DNA of 64,000 nucleotides from Acidimicrobiia bacterium (GTDB lineage: Bacteria > Actinomycetota > Acidimicrobiia > IMCC26256 > PALSA-610): positions 18 through 64,017 of the forward strand of contig JBBSEC010000008.1 of assembly GCA_038240075.1 (NCBI GenBank). The letters run 5' to 3'. Of this stretch, positions 1 to 8,490 are shown piece after piece. How positions within the stretch are numbered: the first letter of the stretch is position 1; every line of letters starts with the position of its first letter. Both the position numbers and the translations under genes were made by a program. The notes under the pieces were generated by a model. That model had not been told where the DNA came from. It ran no database searches and was given only the letters and a program-made list of their open reading frames with translations.

Positions 1-2
1 CG

Positions 3-353
3 TTGCGCGCCGCGCTCGCCATCGCGGGCGCGTTCCCGATCACGGTCGACCGGGCCGACGCGGTCGAGTGGCTGCCGGCCCAGCTAGCCGTTCCGCATTC
101 CGGGTTGGCGACGGTCGTGATGCACTCCGTGTTCTGGCAGTACCTCTCGCCGAACGCGCAGGCGTCGATCGTGGCGAGCCTCGCCGCGGCCGGTGCCCGC
201 GCCGCACCCGACGCTCCGCTCGCGTGGGTGCGACTCGAGCCGTCGGAATCAGGGCGGTCGCTCGAGCTTCGGCGCACGCTGTGGCCCGGCGACGAGGAGA
301 CCGTCCTGGCCAAGGCCGGCTTCCACGCCGGCCCCGTCACCTGGCTCGCCTGA
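3..353 (+). CDS. DUF2332-family protein, C-terminal part (5' truncated by window edge)
   Basis: Motifs DAVEWL, VVMHSVFWQYL, PLAWVRLEP and terminal 'HAGPVTW' recalled as typical of DUF2332; frame open from window start. Confidence 0.7.
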   Translation: MRAALAIAGAFPITVDRADAVEWLPAQLAVPHSGLATVVMHSVFWQYLSPNAQASIVASLAAAGARAAPDAPLAWVRLEPSESGRSLELRRTLWPGDEETVLAKAGFHAGPVTWLA

Positions 354-424
354 TCGGAGCAGGTGAGCGGTCAGCCCCGTATCCGGCAGGGCCGCCGGGC
401 GAGCCGAGCGAAGATGCGACCATG

Positions 425-1228
425 TCAGTCGAGGAGCGCGCCGAGCGCGGCGACGGCTCGGGGCACGGCCGACGCGTAGCCCTCGGCGTCGATCTTCGGA
501 CCGATGAGCTCGAGGTCGAACACGCCGTCGTATCCCGACGCCACGACCTGACCGAGGATGCGAGCGAGCGGGATGTCGCCGTCGCCGGGCACGCGCCGGT
601 CGGGCGTCGCGAGCGTTCCGACTGCGAAGTCGCTCACCTGAACCAGTCGGATGACGTCGTGCGCGTCGGTGATGGTCTCCGGCAGTCCGCGTTCGGCCCA
701 ACACGCGTTGATCTCCATGCACACGCCGGTTCCGAGCCGGCGCGCGAGGTCGACGGCGTCGTGCAGGGAGTGCACGAAGCCGACATCGACCCGCAACGAG
801 TTCGTGTGCTCGACCGCGAACGGAATACCGAGTGCCCGCGCCTCGACGAGCACGGGTGCGAGCGCGGTCTCGAGCGCGTCCGCGGCCTCGTCCCACGGGA
901 GCGGCCCCGCGGGCCCGGTCGTGAAGACGACGCATCCCGTGTTCAGCGCGTGGCCGGTCTCGAGCGCGCGCACGAGGCGCTCGCGCTGCCGTTCCCATTG
1001 ATCCGGTTGCGTGAGCGCGAACGGTCCGAGTCCGATGAGGTTCGCGACGCGCAGACCGCGGTCGACCGCTTCGGCCACGCGTCGCGTGCCGTCGACCCAT
1101 CCGAACGCCTCGAGCTTCGCGACCGAGACGCCGACGCAGTCGATCGCGTGCGCCTCCCAGAAGTCGAGGTCGGCCGCGAGGTCGAGCTTGAACGTTGAGA
1201 TCGCGCTCACGCAGATGCGGGGATGCAC
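425..1228 (-). CDS. Sugar phosphate isomerase/epimerase (AP endonuclease 2 TIM barrel)
   Basis: C-terminal 267 aa of ORF 425..1915; GTG start at 1228 just after the SDR stop; motifs FAVEH, QVSD, R-VPGDGDIPL, GYDGVFDLE. Confidence 0.8.
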   Translation of the reverse strand: MHPRICVSAISTFKLDLAADLDFWEAHAIDCVGVSVAKLEAFGWVDGTRRVAEAVDRGLRVANLIGLGPFALTQPDQWERQRERLVRALETGHALNTGCVVFTTGPAGPLPWDEAADALETALAPVLVEARALGIPFAVEHTNSLRVDVGFVHSLHDAVDLARRLGTGVCMEINACWAERGLPETITDAHDVIRLVQVSDFAVGTLATPDRRVPGDGDIPLARILGQVVASGYDGVFDLELIGPKIDAEGYASAVPRAVAALGALLD

Positions 1229-1242
1229 GGGGTGCCTGCCGC

Positions 1243-2010
1243 TCAGCCCAGCGTCAGGCCGCGGGCGATGCTGCTGCCCCCGTCGACCTGGAGGTTGAGC
1301 CCGGTCACGAAGCCCGACTCCTGCGAGGCGAGGTAGACCGCGGCGTACGCGATGTCGTCGGCGTTCCCGAGCCGCGTGAGGTGCATGCCTTCGTAGCGGG
1401 CTCTGCGTTCGGCGTCGATGTCGGCGTCGCGCCGGTCGTTGAGCACGTACCCGGGGCTGATCGTGTTGCAGCGGACGCCACGGTCGGCGTAGTCGACGGC
1501 GATCGAGCGGGTCAGCGCGTTCAAGCCGCCTTTGCTCGCGATGTAGGCCGCGAAACCTCGGCTCGCGCGCTCGGCCTGCCGCGTCGAGATGTTGACGATC
1601 GAGCCGTGACCGGCGTCGACGAGGTGGGGGAGCGCCGCGCGCGTGAGCCACATCGGGGCGGTGAGGTTCACCGTGAGGATGACCTGCCACGCCTCGGTGG
1701 TGACCGCGCCGACCGGTCCGTCTCCACCGTCGCCGCCGGCGGCGTTGTTCACGAGCACGGAGAGGCCGCCCAACGCCTCGGTGGCCGACGCGACGAGCGC
1801 GTCGCACGCTTCCTCGTCGCGCAGCTCGGCGGGAACGAAGCACGCGCGGCCGCCGTCGGACTCGATCGCGGCGACGACCGCGTCGCCGCGTGTCCGGTCG
1901 CGGCCGGTGACACACACGGCCGCGCCTTCGGCGGCGAAACGAAGTGCGATCGCGCGTCCGATGCCCGCCGTCGACCCCGTGATGAGCGCTCGTTCCCCCG
2001 CCAGCCGCAC
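1243..2010 (-). CDS. Short-chain dehydrogenase/reductase (FabG-like SDR)
   Basis: TGSTAGIG Rossmann motif, NNAA, catalytic YIASK, C-terminal VDGG; TAGCCT -10 box 7 nt before the GTG (leaderless). Confidence 0.92.
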   Translation of the reverse strand: MRLAGERALITGSTAGIGRAIALRFAAEGAAVCVTGRDRTRGDAVVAAIESDGGRACFVPAELRDEEACDALVASATEALGGLSVLVNNAAGGDGGDGPVGAVTTEAWQVILTVNLTAPMWLTRAALPHLVDAGHGSIVNISTRQAERASRGFAAYIASKGGLNALTRSIAVDYADRGVRCNTISPGYVLNDRRDADIDAERRARYEGMHLTRLGNADDIAYAAVYLASQESGFVTGLNLQVDGGSSIARGLTLG

Positions 2011-2034
2011 GCGGGCGAGGCTACCGGCGCGCGG

Positions 2035-3024
2035 TTATCGGCGAGCGCCGGCGTCGCGGAGCGCGAGCTCCAACGGCTCGCCCGGCAGGAGGGTCAGCAC
2101 CTCGACGCCCGCCGCGGTGACCATCAGCGCGTGCTCGAACTGCGCGGTCAGCGAACCGTCGGCGGTGACCGCGGTCCAGCCGTCGGGCCAGATGCGACCG
2201 ACGTCGTAACCGCCGGCCGTGACCATCGGCTCGATGGTGAACGTGACACCGGGCTCGAGGATCCCGTCGGCGCTCGGGTCGTAGTAGTGGGGAATCGTCG
2301 GCGCGGTATGGAACTCGCGGCCGACGCCGTGGCCGACGAACATCCGCACGACGCCGAACCCGGCGGCCTCGGCGTGCTCCTGGATCGCGCGCCCGATCTC
2401 GTTCACCCGCCCTCCCGGACGAACCGCGGCGATCCCGTGCCACATGCACTCGCGGGTGACGCGCACCAGCCGTTCGGCTTCCGGATCGCATTCACCGACG
2501 AGAAAGGTCTCGCTGTGATCGCCGTGCACGCCGTCGAGGTAGATCGTCACGTCGCAGTTGACGATGTCGCCTTCGAGGAGGCGCCGGTCATCGGGGATGC
2601 CGTGGCAGATGACCTCGTTCACCGACGTGCACAGTGACTTCGGAAAGCCCCGGTAGTTCAGCGGGCTCGGATACCCGCCGCGCGCGATGCACGCGTCGTG
2701 CACGATCACGTCGAGCTCTTCGGTCGTCACGCCGGGACCGACCGCCGGCGCGACCTCGAGCAGCACCTCGCGTGCCGCACGTCCGGCCGCTCGCATCCGG
2801 TCGGCGTACTCGCCGGGCGGGAACGTCGGTACCAGCGCGGCCGCCCCGCGGGTGTCGCGGATGTACGGAGGGCGAGGGATGTTCGACCGCACCGGCCGCT
2901 CGGGCGAGACGTGTCCGGCCCGGATCCGCGGGCGCGACGCGGAGAGACTCCCTACCTCCACACCGCCGGGGCCTGCGGCCTCACGGCGCCGCCCGAGGCG
3001 TCGCTTCTGCTGTCGTTTCGTCAC
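2035..3024 (-). CDS. map: Type I methionine aminopeptidase
   Basis: YRGFPKSLCTSVNEVICHGIPD, DVTIYLDGVHGD, GHGVG..FH, TIEPM, AQFEH; start uncertain (GTG 3024 lies 8 nt after a TACGCT -10 box). Confidence 0.93.
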   Translation of the reverse strand: MTKRQQKRRLGRRREAAGPGGVEVGSLSASRPRIRAGHVSPERPVRSNIPRPPYIRDTRGAAALVPTFPPGEYADRMRAAGRAAREVLLEVAPAVGPGVTTEELDVIVHDACIARGGYPSPLNYRGFPKSLCTSVNEVICHGIPDDRRLLEGDIVNCDVTIYLDGVHGDHSETFLVGECDPEAERLVRVTRECMWHGIAAVRPGGRVNEIGRAIQEHAEAAGFGVVRMFVGHGVGREFHTAPTIPHYYDPSADGILEPGVTFTIEPMVTAGGYDVGRIWPDGWTAVTADGSLTAQFEHALMVTAAGVEVLTLLPGEPLELALRDAGARR

Positions 3025-3072
3025 GGCCCGCAAGCGTACGCCTCGTGATGCGGTGTGTTATCCCGGCGATAC

Positions 3073-3112
3073 TCAGGCGCAGCGCCGGCACATCAGGCGC
3101 AGCGCCGACACA
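3073..3112. repeat. 20-bp tandem duplication of the fur 3' end (tcaggcgcagcgccg[g/a]caca x2)
   Basis: Copies at 3073-3092 and 3093-3112, 1 mismatch. Confidence 0.85.
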
Positions 3113-3539
3113 CGCCGATGAGGTCGAGGCGGTGGTGGTCGATGCGGAAGCCGGTTGCCTCGGCCGCGCCCGCCATCGCGGCGGCGACCGATCGTTCGAG
3201 GCCCGGCGACGCGGGGACGTCCTCGACCAGCCCGCACTCGGAGCACACGAGATGGTGGTGGTGCCCGCTCAGCGCCTCGCCCAGCTCGTAGCGGGCGAAC
3301 TCGTCGTGGGTGACCACGCGGCGCACGACACCGGCCTGCTCGAGCACGACCAGGTTCCGGTAGAGCGAGCTCTGGGCCAGATCGGGGCGTTGATCCCGAA
3401 TTTCGGGCATCGTGAGCGGCCGCTCGCTCGTCGCGAGCAGCTCCACGATCGACGCCCGCTTCTGGGTGAGCCGCAGACCGCCTCGGGCCAAATGCGCCGT
3501 CGCGGCTCCGCGCCAATCGGCGGTCGGCGATGCGGCCAT
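3093..3539 (-). CDS. Fur-family transcriptional regulator (Zur/FurB-like)
   Basis: RLTQKRASIVELL, SSLYRNL, HHHHLVCSECG and C-terminal CRRC; ATG at 3539 with TAGACT -10 box 7 nt upstream. Confidence 0.9.
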   Translation of the reverse strand: MAASPTADWRGAATAHLARGGLRLTQKRASIVELLATSERPLTMPEIRDQRPDLAQSSLYRNLVVLEQAGVVRRVVTHDEFARYELGEALSGHHHHLVCSECGLVEDVPASPGLERSVAAAMAGAAEATGFRIDHHRLDLIGVCRRCA

Positions 3540-3593
3540 GGCTCCCAGTCTACGATGGACGGCCTGGGAGCGGGCCCGGTCTGAAAGGCACAG

Positions 3594-5321
3594 ATGCGGC
3601 CCGTCCATGGTCATTCTGCGTTTCGTCCTGCACTGCCGTTCGTTGCGCTCGTCGCCGCGGTCGCGCTCCTCGGCGCCTGCGGGAGCAGCAAGGGCACGAG
3701 CGCTGCGCCGCCGAGCACCACTCGTGCGACGACCGTTGTGACGAAGGACGGCGGGACGCTCGTCGTCGGCGCCGAGCAGGAGCCCGACTGCTTCGACTGG
3801 CTCGGCGACTGCGCCGCGTCGAGCTGGGGAAGTTGGATCGCGCAGTTCCAGACGATCCCGCGCGTGTTCGACACCGACGCACGCGCCGACGGCTCGCTGC
3901 AAAACGTGCCGAGCAAGCTCCTTGTCGACGCGCCGACGTTCGCGACGACCCCGGTCGAGACGATCACCTACCACCTCAACCCGAAGGCGGTCTGGTCCGA
4001 CGGTGTCGCGATCACGTGCGCCGACTTCGCGTACACCGTCGATCAGGAACAGCACGCGAACAACATTCTCGATCGTTCCGGTTACACCGACATCGCGCGG
4101 GTCGACTGCCCCGAGCCGACGACGGTCGTCGTCCTCTACAAGTCGGGAACGACGTACGCGGGTTGGCAGGCGCTGTTCGGAGCGAGCACCGGTGTGTACC
4201 CGTCGCACATTCTCAAGGGCCACGACCGCGACGCGATGATGAAGAACGGCTACTCGTGGTCGGGTGGCCCGTGGATCGCGGCGTGGGCGAAGGGCGACAA
4301 CGTCACGCTCACTCCGAACCGCCGGTACTGGGGTGGCCAGGCCCACCTCCACAAGGTGGTCTTCAAGTTCGAGAGCGACACCGCGGCGGAGTTCCAGGCC
4401 TTTCGCTCGAACCAGCTGCAGGCGATCTACCCGCAGCCGCAGGTCGACGTCGTGAGCGCGATCAAGGCCGGTCTCGGGAACGCGAACCTGCTGACGAACG
4501 CGCACACGGCCTACGTCGAGGCGCTGTTCGTCAACAACGCGCGGCCTCCGTTTACCGACGTCGCGGTGCGGAAGGCGTTTGCGTATGCGATCGATCGGGT
4601 TGCGATCGTGAAGCAGCTCTTCGGATCGCTGGGAGTCGACCAGCCGTCGAACTCGATCAACCCCTACGCGATCAAGGACTACTCCGACCAGAACGCGTTC
4701 GCGACGTACCACCTCGATCTGGGCATGGTCTCGAAGCTCATGACGGGGGCCGGTTGGAGCGAGGACGGCAAGGGCATCTGGACCAAGGCCGGCAAGCAGG
4801 CCGCGTTCACGCTCACCACCACGGCCGGCGACAAGCGCCGGCAGCTCACCGCGCAGGTCGTCGCGCAGGAGTTGAAGGACGCGGGGTTCGCAGTGAAGCT
4901 CGACTTCCAGAGCCTGTCGGTCATCGGCGGCACCGAGCTGCCGAACGGCACCGCCGACGTCCTGCTGATCGCGAGCGGACTCACGAGCTTCACGCCCGGC
5001 CAGTGCACGGGCTTCTGCTCGACGAACGTGCCCGGCCCCGCGAACCAGCAGTCGGGGCAGAACTACTTCCGCGTCCGCAACCGGCAGCTCGACACGTTGC
5101 TCGAGGGAGTCGACACGAGCCTCGACGACGCGACCCGGCGCGCGGACGCCAAGCAGGCCGACGACGTCATGGCCGCGAACATGGTCGTGCTGCCGCTCGA
5201 CCCGCTTCCCGACATCCTGATCTGGAGCAAGCGCGTGGTCGGACCGATCAGCGACAACTCGGTCGAAGGGATGTTCTGGAACCTCGCCGACTGGGGTTGC
5301 GTCGACGGCGTGTGCAGCTGA
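3594..5321 (+). CDS. ABC transporter substrate-binding lipoprotein, family 5 (peptide/nickel-type)
   Basis: Lipobox LLGAC, GGTLVVG, KAVWSDG..ITCADF, SGGPW, VRKAFAYAIDR. Confidence 0.88.
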   Translation: MRPVHGHSAFRPALPFVALVAAVALLGACGSSKGTSAAPPSTTRATTVVTKDGGTLVVGAEQEPDCFDWLGDCAASSWGSWIAQFQTIPRVFDTDARADGSLQNVPSKLLVDAPTFATTPVETITYHLNPKAVWSDGVAITCADFAYTVDQEQHANNILDRSGYTDIARVDCPEPTTVVVLYKSGTTYAGWQALFGASTGVYPSHILKGHDRDAMMKNGYSWSGGPWIAAWAKGDNVTLTPNRRYWGGQAHLHKVVFKFESDTAAEFQAFRSNQLQAIYPQPQVDVVSAIKAGLGNANLLTNAHTAYVEALFVNNARPPFTDVAVRKAFAYAIDRVAIVKQLFGSLGVDQPSNSINPYAIKDYSDQNAFATYHLDLGMVSKLMTGAGWSEDGKGIWTKAGKQAAFTLTTTAGDKRRQLTAQVVAQELKDAGFAVKLDFQSLSVIGGTELPNGTADVLLIASGLTSFTPGQCTGFCSTNVPGPANQQSGQNYFRVRNRQLDTLLEGVDTSLDDATRRADAKQADDVMAANMVVLPLDPLPDILIWSKRVVGPISDNSVEGMFWNLADWGCVDGVCS

Positions 5322-5366
5322 TCCGCCTCCATTGGGAGTCGTGCGGCGCGTTATAGCGTTCCCGCG

Positions 5367-6149
5367 ATGGACCCGACGGCTCGTTTCGTGGCGCTCGTCA
5401 GCGACGTCACGATCGAGCCGCCCCTCGACGTCGCCGCACTCCTCATCGCGGCGCACGTGCATCCCGCGCTCGACGTCGACCTCTGGACCGGCCGGCTCGA
5501 CGACATCGCGCGAGCGTGCGCGGACGCGACCTTCGACGGTGTGCGGCACCAGCTGTTCGCGGTCGAGGGGTTCCGCGGCAACATCGAGCGGTACGACGAT
5601 CCTGCCAACTCGCTCCTCGACGCGGTGTTGGAGCGTCGCCTCGGAATCCCGATCACGTTGGCGGTCGTCATGATCGAGGTTGCGCGCCGGATCGGGGTCG
5701 GCGCGGCCGGTATCGGCATGCCCGGCCATTTCCTCGTCGGCGATCCCGAGCGGCCCGGTTGCTTCTGCGACGTCTTCTCCGGCGGGACGTTGTTGGGCGA
5801 AGAGGAGTGCGCCGCGATCTTCTCCCGAGCGCTCGGCCCCGGCCACGCGTTCGAGCCGGAGATGCTCGCGCCGACGGGCGCCCGCGCGATCCTCGCCCGG
5901 GTGCTCGCGAACCTCGAGCGATCGTCGTTGGCCGGCGATCCGGTGCACGCGACCTGGATGGCGACGTTGCACTTCTCGATCGCGGGGCTCCCGATCGTCG
6001 AGCGGCTCGGTCTCGCCCGTCGCCTCGGCTACCTCGGGCGCATCACGGTCGCCGCCGACGAGCTCGACACGCTGGCCGAGCTGGTCTCCGAGGAGCCCGC
6101 GCAACGGCTCCGCGACGAAGCCCGCGCGCTGCGCTCGCGGCTCAACTGA
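5367..6149 (+). CDS. SirB1 / transglutaminase-like (Transglut_core2) protein
   Basis: GFRGNIERYDDPANSLLDAVLERRLGIPITL, GIGMPGHFL, ILARVLANL; TAGCGT -10 box 7 nt before ATG. Confidence 0.85.
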   Translation: MDPTARFVALVSDVTIEPPLDVAALLIAAHVHPALDVDLWTGRLDDIARACADATFDGVRHQLFAVEGFRGNIERYDDPANSLLDAVLERRLGIPITLAVVMIEVARRIGVGAAGIGMPGHFLVGDPERPGCFCDVFSGGTLLGEEECAAIFSRALGPGHAFEPEMLAPTGARAILARVLANLERSSLAGDPVHATWMATLHFSIAGLPIVERLGLARRLGYLGRITVAADELDTLAELVSEEPAQRLRDEARALRSRLN

Positions 6150-6182
6150 CCGCGTGTCATCTGACCGGTTGGTCACGCGCCG

Positions 6183-6815
6183 ATGAGCCGGATCGCACCG
6201 ATGTTCCCGCTCGGAACCGTGCTGTTCCCGCACGCGGTGCTGCCGCTGCACGTGTTCGAGCCGCGCTATCGGGCGTTGACGCGCGCGGTGCTCGACGGAG
6301 ACCAGGAGTTCGGCGTCGTGCTCATCGAGCGCGGTAGCGAAGTCGGCGGCGGCGATGTGCGCTTCGACGTCGGCACGGTGGCGCACATCGTGCAGGCCTC
6401 CGAGCTGGCCGACGGACGCTTCGCACTCGCGGTCGTCGGCGTGTCGCGGTTCCGAGTCGACCAGTGGCTCCCCGACGAGCCGTATCCCCGCGCCGAGATC
6501 GTGGTGCTCGACGATGACAACCATGCCGATGCGACGCCCGCGGCCGCCGCGGCCGCGTTGGTCGACCCCGTCGTCGCGACACTGCGCGAGGTGTACGAGC
6601 TCTTCGGTCGCGTGCACGCCGTCGCGACGAGCGCGCCGTCGGACTTCTCGCCCGATCCTGAGCAGGCGTCCTTCGAGGTGGCCGCCGCGGCCGCACTCGG
6701 TCCGCTCGACGCGCAGCGCGTGCTCGAGATCCCCGACACCGGTGCGCGTCTGCGCGTGCTGAGCGAGCTGCTCGTCGATCACGCGGCTCTGTTGCGCAGT
6801 CAGCTCGGAGGCTGA
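6183..6815 (+). CDS. Stand-alone LON peptidase N-terminal (substrate-binding) domain protein
   Basis: PMFPLGTVLFP..LPLHVFEPRY, FGVVLIERGSEVGGGD, VGTVA; no ATPase or protease domain. Confidence 0.88.
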   Translation: MSRIAPMFPLGTVLFPHAVLPLHVFEPRYRALTRAVLDGDQEFGVVLIERGSEVGGGDVRFDVGTVAHIVQASELADGRFALAVVGVSRFRVDQWLPDEPYPRAEIVVLDDDNHADATPAAAAAALVDPVVATLREVYELFGRVHAVATSAPSDFSPDPEQASFEVAAAAALGPLDAQRVLEIPDTGARLRVLSELLVDHAALLRSQLGG

Positions 6816-6859
6816 CCGCACCCGATCGCGAGCGTGTCGCCCGTGGGTAACCTCGCGCC

Positions 6860-7222
6860 ATGAACGACACCCCAATCGACGAAGCGGCCGCGCGGAGCAG
6901 GCTCGACGCGGAGCGCGAGAAGCTGCAGGGCCTGGTCGCGGGTCTGCGCAGCGAGACGACGCAGGGCGAGGCGCAGCCCGACGCCGAAGCCGGTTCCTAC
7001 GAGCAGCACCCCGGCAACGTCACGGGCGAGACGTTCGAGCGCGAGAAGGATCTCGCGATCCTCGAAGGCCTCGAGACCGAGCTCGCCGAGGTCGAGGCCG
7101 CGTTGCGCCGGCTCGACGACGGCACCTACGGCATCGACGAGGTGACCGGCGAGCGCATCGACCCCGCGCGACTCGAGGCCCTGCCCAACGCACGCACCAA
7201 CGTCGATTCAGAACCGGCCTGA
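6860..7222 (+). CDS. TraR/DksA-family protein lacking the C4 zinc ligands
   Basis: Coiled coil then ALRRLDDGTYGIDEVTGERIDPARLEALP; TAACCT -10 box 6 nt before ATG. Confidence 0.85.
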   Translation: MNDTPIDEAAARSRLDAEREKLQGLVAGLRSETTQGEAQPDAEAGSYEQHPGNVTGETFEREKDLAILEGLETELAEVEAALRRLDDGTYGIDEVTGERIDPARLEALPNARTNVDSEPA

Positions 7223-7254
7223 CCGCGCGGTCGAGCCGCACCCGACTGCGCCGC

Positions 7255-7542
7255 GTGCCTGCCGTCCGTCTCCTGCTGTTTGCCCGGGCCCGTGAGGCCG
7301 CCGGCCGCCGCGACGACGTGGTCGACGCCGCGACGCTCGGTGACCTGCTCGCCGGTGTCCGCGATCGCTACGGGCCCGAGTTCACCGACGTATTGGCCGC
7401 GTCGCGCGTGTGGATCAACGGCGAGGAGCCCCATGATGGCGACGCGACGGTGCTCTCCGACGGAGACGAGGTCGCCGTGTTGCCTCCGGTGAGCGGGGGC
7501 GGCCACGAGTGGGGCCGCGATAGCCTGAAATTCGGCTCGTAA
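7255..7542 (+). CDS. MoaD/ThiS ubiquitin-like (beta-grasp) protein with C-terminal extension
   Basis: LLFARAREAAG, WING, LSDGDEVAVLPPVSGG followed by 13 extra residues. Confidence 0.85.
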   Translation: MPAVRLLLFARAREAAGRRDDVVDAATLGDLLAGVRDRYGPEFTDVLAASRVWINGEEPHDGDATVLSDGDEVAVLPPVSGGGHEWGRDSLKFGS

Positions 7543-7564
7543 CCGTTTCACCACGCGGACAGAG

Positions 7565-8074
7565 GTGAGTGCAACGCAACGCATCCAGCACCTGGTCGCC
7601 CCTGAGTTCTCTTCCGGTCTCGGCGACCGCGACCTCGATGCCCTGCGACTGATGCGTACCGAGTGCGGCGAAGTCGAGCACGCGGTGTCGTACACGCGCC
7701 GGTTGGCACAGGGCCGGTTCGAGATCCTCACCGCCGAGCAGACCCGGCGCCGCGAGGGTGGATCGGTGCAAGACCTGATCGCCGACCTCCCGCGCATCCT
7801 CGGCGAGGAGCGCGGTCGGGCGACGGCGGCCAACACCCGCGCCACCACCGCCGACGAGCCCGCGCTCGACATCGACTGGGGACCGCAGGGGCGGTTGATC
7901 GACGACGACACGCTCGCGAACCTCGCCGACCTCAGCGACGCCGACCTCGCCACGTCGATCGCGGGACTCAGCGAGTTCGAGCACGACCTGTCGGAGCACC
8001 GTCGCGCGCTGCACCAGGTGATCGATGCGATCGAGCACGAGATCGCCACGCGGGCTGCCGCCGACGTGGGATGA
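7565..8074 (+). CDS. rsiG: RsiG/AmfC-like anti-sigma factor (putative c-di-GMP binding)
   Basis: Two E-x3-S-x2-R-x3-Q-x3-D-like motifs: EHAVSYTRRLAQGRFE and EHDLSEHRRALHQVID. Confidence 0.7.
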   Translation: MSATQRIQHLVAPEFSSGLGDRDLDALRLMRTECGEVEHAVSYTRRLAQGRFEILTAEQTRRREGGSVQDLIADLPRILGEERGRATAANTRATTADEPALDIDWGPQGRLIDDDTLANLADLSDADLATSIAGLSEFEHDLSEHRRALHQVIDAIEHEIATRAAADVG

Positions 8075-8481
8075 CCGCTGCCGGTTCCGTGGGTGCGGCC
8101 ACCCGGCGGCACGATCTCGGTGCGTTCATCCGTGAGCAACGACGCACGGCGCGGCTGTCGCTGCGCAAGCTGAGCGAGCTCGCGGGGATCTCGAACCCGT
8201 ATCTCAGCCAGATCGAACGTGGTCTGCGGAAGCCGTCGGCCGAGATCCTGCAGTCGATTGCGAAGGGACTGCGCATCTCCGCCGAGACGCTCTACGTCCG
8301 CGCCGGTATCCTCGACGAGCGCGGCGACGGGCCCGATCTCGCGGGCCAGATCTTGAGCGATCCGAGCGTCAGTGAGCGCCAGAAGCAGGCGTTGATCGAG
8401 ATCTACCGGTCGTTCCAGGCCGAGACGGCCGCCGAACGCGCCCGCGAAGGGGCGGTCTCCGAACGAGGGGTCCCCGGGTAG
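8071..8481 (+). CDS. XRE-family HTH transcriptional regulator
   Basis: LGAFIREQRRTARLSLRKLSELAGISNPYLSQIERGLRKPSAEILQ; ATGA overlap with the upstream gene. Confidence 0.9.
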   Translation: MTAAGSVGAATRRHDLGAFIREQRRTARLSLRKLSELAGISNPYLSQIERGLRKPSAEILQSIAKGLRISAETLYVRAGILDERGDGPDLAGQILSDPSVSERQKQALIEIYRSFQAETAAERAREGAVSERGVPG

Positions 8482-8490
8482 CATCCGGAA

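Noticed and set aside
3093-6875. 1260-aa minus-strand ORF and other very long antisense/alternate-frame ORFs (e.g. 7126-9762, 16642-20610, 51301-53850, 55659-58442)
   Set aside because: Shadow ORFs from high GC and codon bias opposite well-supported genes; only the last 148 aa of 3093-6875 (Fur) is real
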